A stretch of 62,531 bases of DNA, the filler included, from Candidatus Babelota bacterium (GTDB lineage Bacteria; JAGOBX01), in assembly GCA_017999075.1 (NCBI GenBank). It is 10 parts of 10 records of this genome, joined end to end, with 100 filler letters (N's around TTAATTAATTAA, not from the genome) between each part and the next. Parts side by side here need not be neighbours in the genome. Positions count along the whole stretch, not along the records: positions 56,403 to 62,531 come from JAGOBX010000235.1; 9 more parts are not named here. One strand, 5' to 3'. The notes beneath the pieces are model-generated. The model was not told the DNA's origin, did not search any database, and was given only the letters and a program-made list of their open reading frames with translations. Of this stretch, positions 60,447 to 62,531 are shown one piece after another. The position numbers were made by a program, and so were the translations under genes. The first letter of the stretch is position 1. Each line of letters opens with the position of its first letter.

Positions 60447-61016
60447 TTATTTTCTTGATCCGATAATAATATTTTTTAATTCTTCAACTGCTTGCTCAAG
60501 ATTATCATTGATAATAAGAAAATCGTATTTGTCTTTATATTCCATTTCTTTATAAGCATTTTTTAACCGGACATTTATTACTTCTTCGGAATCAGTTTGT
60601 CTGCCTTTCAATCTCCGCTCAAGTTCTTCCATTGAAGGAGGCGCTATGAAAATTAATATGCTTTCCGGAGCTCTTTCTTTTACCTGCATTCCACCCTGAA
60701 CATCTATATCCAAAATTATATCAATTCCATTATCGGTTTTTTCTCGAACTAAACTTATTGGAGTGCCGTAATAATTATTATGAACCTGAGCCCATTCAAG
60801 AAAACCGTTTTTTTCAATGGTTTTTTTAAATTCATCTACTTCAACGAATTTGTAATCAACGCCATCAACTTCTCCTTGCCTGGGTTTACGAGTTGTCATA
60901 GATACTGAAAAAGATATTTTTTCCAAATCAGCCAGTACTTTTTTACAAATTGTAGATTTCCCCGCTCCTGACGGTGCGGAGATAACAAATAAATTTCCTT
61001 TTGTATTAGCAGTCAT
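60447..61016 (-). CDS. gmk: Guanylate kinase
   Basis: APSGAGKST, TTRKPRQGEVDGVDY, YYGT, DIDVQG. Confidence 0.97.
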   Translation of the reverse strand: MTANTKGNLFVISAPSGAGKSTICKKVLADLEKISFSVSMTTRKPRQGEVDGVDYKFVEVDEFKKTIEKNGFLEWAQVHNNYYGTPISLVREKTDNGIDIILDIDVQGGMQVKERAPESILIFIAPPSMEELERRLKGRQTDSEEVINVRLKNAYKEMEYKDKYDFLIINDNLEQAVEELKNIIIGSRK

Positions 61017-61054
61017 ATAAAAACTCCTCTAAAATATAATTATAAAAATAAAAT

Positions 61055-62221
61055 TTATTGGACAATTCTTTTTATTTCATTTATTACTTCAGAATAATCA
61101 GGTTCATTGCTTATTTCTTTTACCAATTGTATATATTCGATTTTTTTTTGGTTACTAATTATAAAAACAGATCTTGCGCATAATCTGAGTTCTGAAATAA
61201 GTAAGCCGTAGTTTAATGAAAAATTATTATCTTTGTGATCTGATAATGCAGGAAATGAAATTGATGATTCTGAACAAAATCTTTTTTGAGCAAAAGGCGT
61301 ATCGCAACTTATAGAAACAAAATTAATTTTGTCGTTGTATTCTTTTAAAATATCATTAAATTTTTTTGTTTGCAAACTGCAGACTGGAGTATCAAGAGAC
61401 GGGACTGAACTTATAATTAAAGGTTTGTTTAATAATTCAATTAATTTGATTTTTTTCAGGTTATTGTCGAATACATAAAAATCAGGAGCTTGAGAAAATT
61501 TTTCTGGAATTTTTCCCACTAAATGAAAAATTGTTCCTTTTAAAGTTAATTGAGCCGATTCTTCGGTAAAAATATTATTGAAATTGGGATTTTGATTGAA
61601 TTCAAATTTGTTGAACGATGAAATATCATCTGAAGAAAGCCGTTCATTTCTTTTTAATAAAACTTTCGAGTCATCGAATTTACCGATAGCTATTAACATA
61701 ACAGGTATAAATCTGTCAGGTATATTAAAAATTTTTTTTACTGAATCAGGATTGAATCCTATCATCGGATGTGTATCCCAATTATACATTTTTGCAGAAT
61801 ACATTATTGACATTGCAAATAAAGAAGCATTACGTATTGCGTAATGTTCAGGTTTATGAAGATTTGAATATAGTCCTTCAATCATTTTTAACATACCGGG
61901 AAGCTGTTCCTGTTCAATATATTTATTTTTTACTAAAAATTTATATGCAGGATTGTCAGGTTTGTAAGCTTCAGTATCTCCTAAAACAATAAATGTAGCT
62001 GAGGCATCAGTAATTTTCGGTTGATCAAATGCCGCTGATCTCAATTTTTTTTTTGATTCTGAATCATTGACAATTATTAATTTCCAAGGTTGCGTGTTGG
62101 ATGCAGAAGGAGATAATGCCGAAAAATCAATTATATTTTTTAAAACGTTATTATCAATCTCAATATCTTTTTTGAAGAAATTTACAGAACGTCTATTAAG
62201 CATAATTTCAGAAAAATTCAT
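61055..62221 (-). CDS. Nitroreductase-thiol peroxidase (Tpx) fusion
   Basis: RRSVNFF, SPSASNTQPW, THPMIGF, then SVPSLDTPVC, SCDTPFAQKRFC, ARSVF; GAGGGAGG RBS. Confidence 0.85.
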   Translation of the reverse strand: MNFSEIMLNRRSVNFFKKDIEIDNNVLKNIIDFSALSPSASNTQPWKLIIVNDSESKKKLRSAAFDQPKITDASATFIVLGDTEAYKPDNPAYKFLVKNKYIEQEQLPGMLKMIEGLYSNLHKPEHYAIRNASLFAMSIMYSAKMYNWDTHPMIGFNPDSVKKIFNIPDRFIPVMLIAIGKFDDSKVLLKRNERLSSDDISSFNKFEFNQNPNFNNIFTEESAQLTLKGTIFHLVGKIPEKFSQAPDFYVFDNNLKKIKLIELLNKPLIISSVPSLDTPVCSLQTKKFNDILKEYNDKINFVSISCDTPFAQKRFCSESSISFPALSDHKDNNFSLNYGLLISELRLCARSVFIISNQKKIEYIQLVKEISNEPDYSEVINEIKRIVQ

Positions 62222-62388
62222 ATAATATGCAGCCTCCCTCAAGCAGAAAAATTTTGAAAAATATGTAATTCAGAAATATTGTATTATATATTATAATAAA
62301 AATTAAAAATTGCAAGTTTTTGAAAAAATATATATAATATAATATCATATAATCAGAGCAAATTAAAAAAAATATTCTGGAAAAAATT

Positions 62389-62531
62389 GTGAATAAACGT
62401 GCAAAATCAATTATGTTTACAGGCACAGGTTCTGATGCGGGAAAAAGTGTAATTACAGCGGCAGTATGCCGTATATTAAAAAGAAAAGGATATAAAATAG
62501 CGCCTTTTAAAGCACAAAATAAGGCGTTGAA
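62389..62531 (+). CDS. cobQ: Cobyric acid synthase, N-terminal fragment
   Basis: [28 protein letters not shown]...APFKAQN. Confidence 0.88.
   Translation, partial: MNKRAKSIMFTGTGSDAGKSVITAAVCRILKRKGYKIAPFKAQNKAL

Noticed and set aside
62510-62531. CobQ QNKAL instead of QNMAL
   Set aside because: Single-base difference in the last bases of a contig; likely low-quality sequence.

Overview
This window is not one locus. It is ten short contigs of 6208, 6197, 6186, 6181, 6168, 6163, 6137, 6132, 6130 and 6129 bp, in descending length order. They are joined by artificial 100-nt spacers (44 N + TTAATTAATTAA + 44 N), as in a fragmented MAG, so adjacency across spacers means nothing. The DNA is AT-rich and looks like a diderm, anaerobic, chemotactic bacterium; I cannot assign a taxon. 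Contig contents: (1) S8 protease with T9SS-like C-terminal domain (CTD), PorV/PorQ-like barrel, and a >1300-aa mosaic fibre adhesin missed by the ORF track. (2) OM barrel, 129-bp MITE-like element, STAS-kinase fusion, TlpA fusion. (3) Chemotaxis cluster. (4) IS1634, integrase remnant, tRNA-Asp and dnaX-ybaB-rpmH-rnpA-yidD-yidC-jag. (5) Family 2B (cNMP-domain) encapsulin with cysteine desulfurase cargo, MipA, PLD, plsY. (6) A second CTD cargo plus PorV-like barrel locus, interrupted by an inverted-repeat-bounded GxxExxY cassette. (7) MCP with a Cys-rich HAMP insert, solo PhnD-like protein, recD2. (8) dcw cluster lacking ftsI. (9) hydB, hydA fused to NuoE, iorA. (10) HTH-fused m6A MTase, PilX-DUF2341, gmk, nitroreductase-Tpx fusion, cobQ start. 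Best candidates for undescribed biology: the recurring 'H[FL]S domain + CTD cargo / cognate PorV-like barrel / partner' module, the IR-flanked GxxExxY cassette, and the STAS-APH-kinase and nitroreductase-Tpx fusions. All family calls come from motif recognition by eye; no searches were run.
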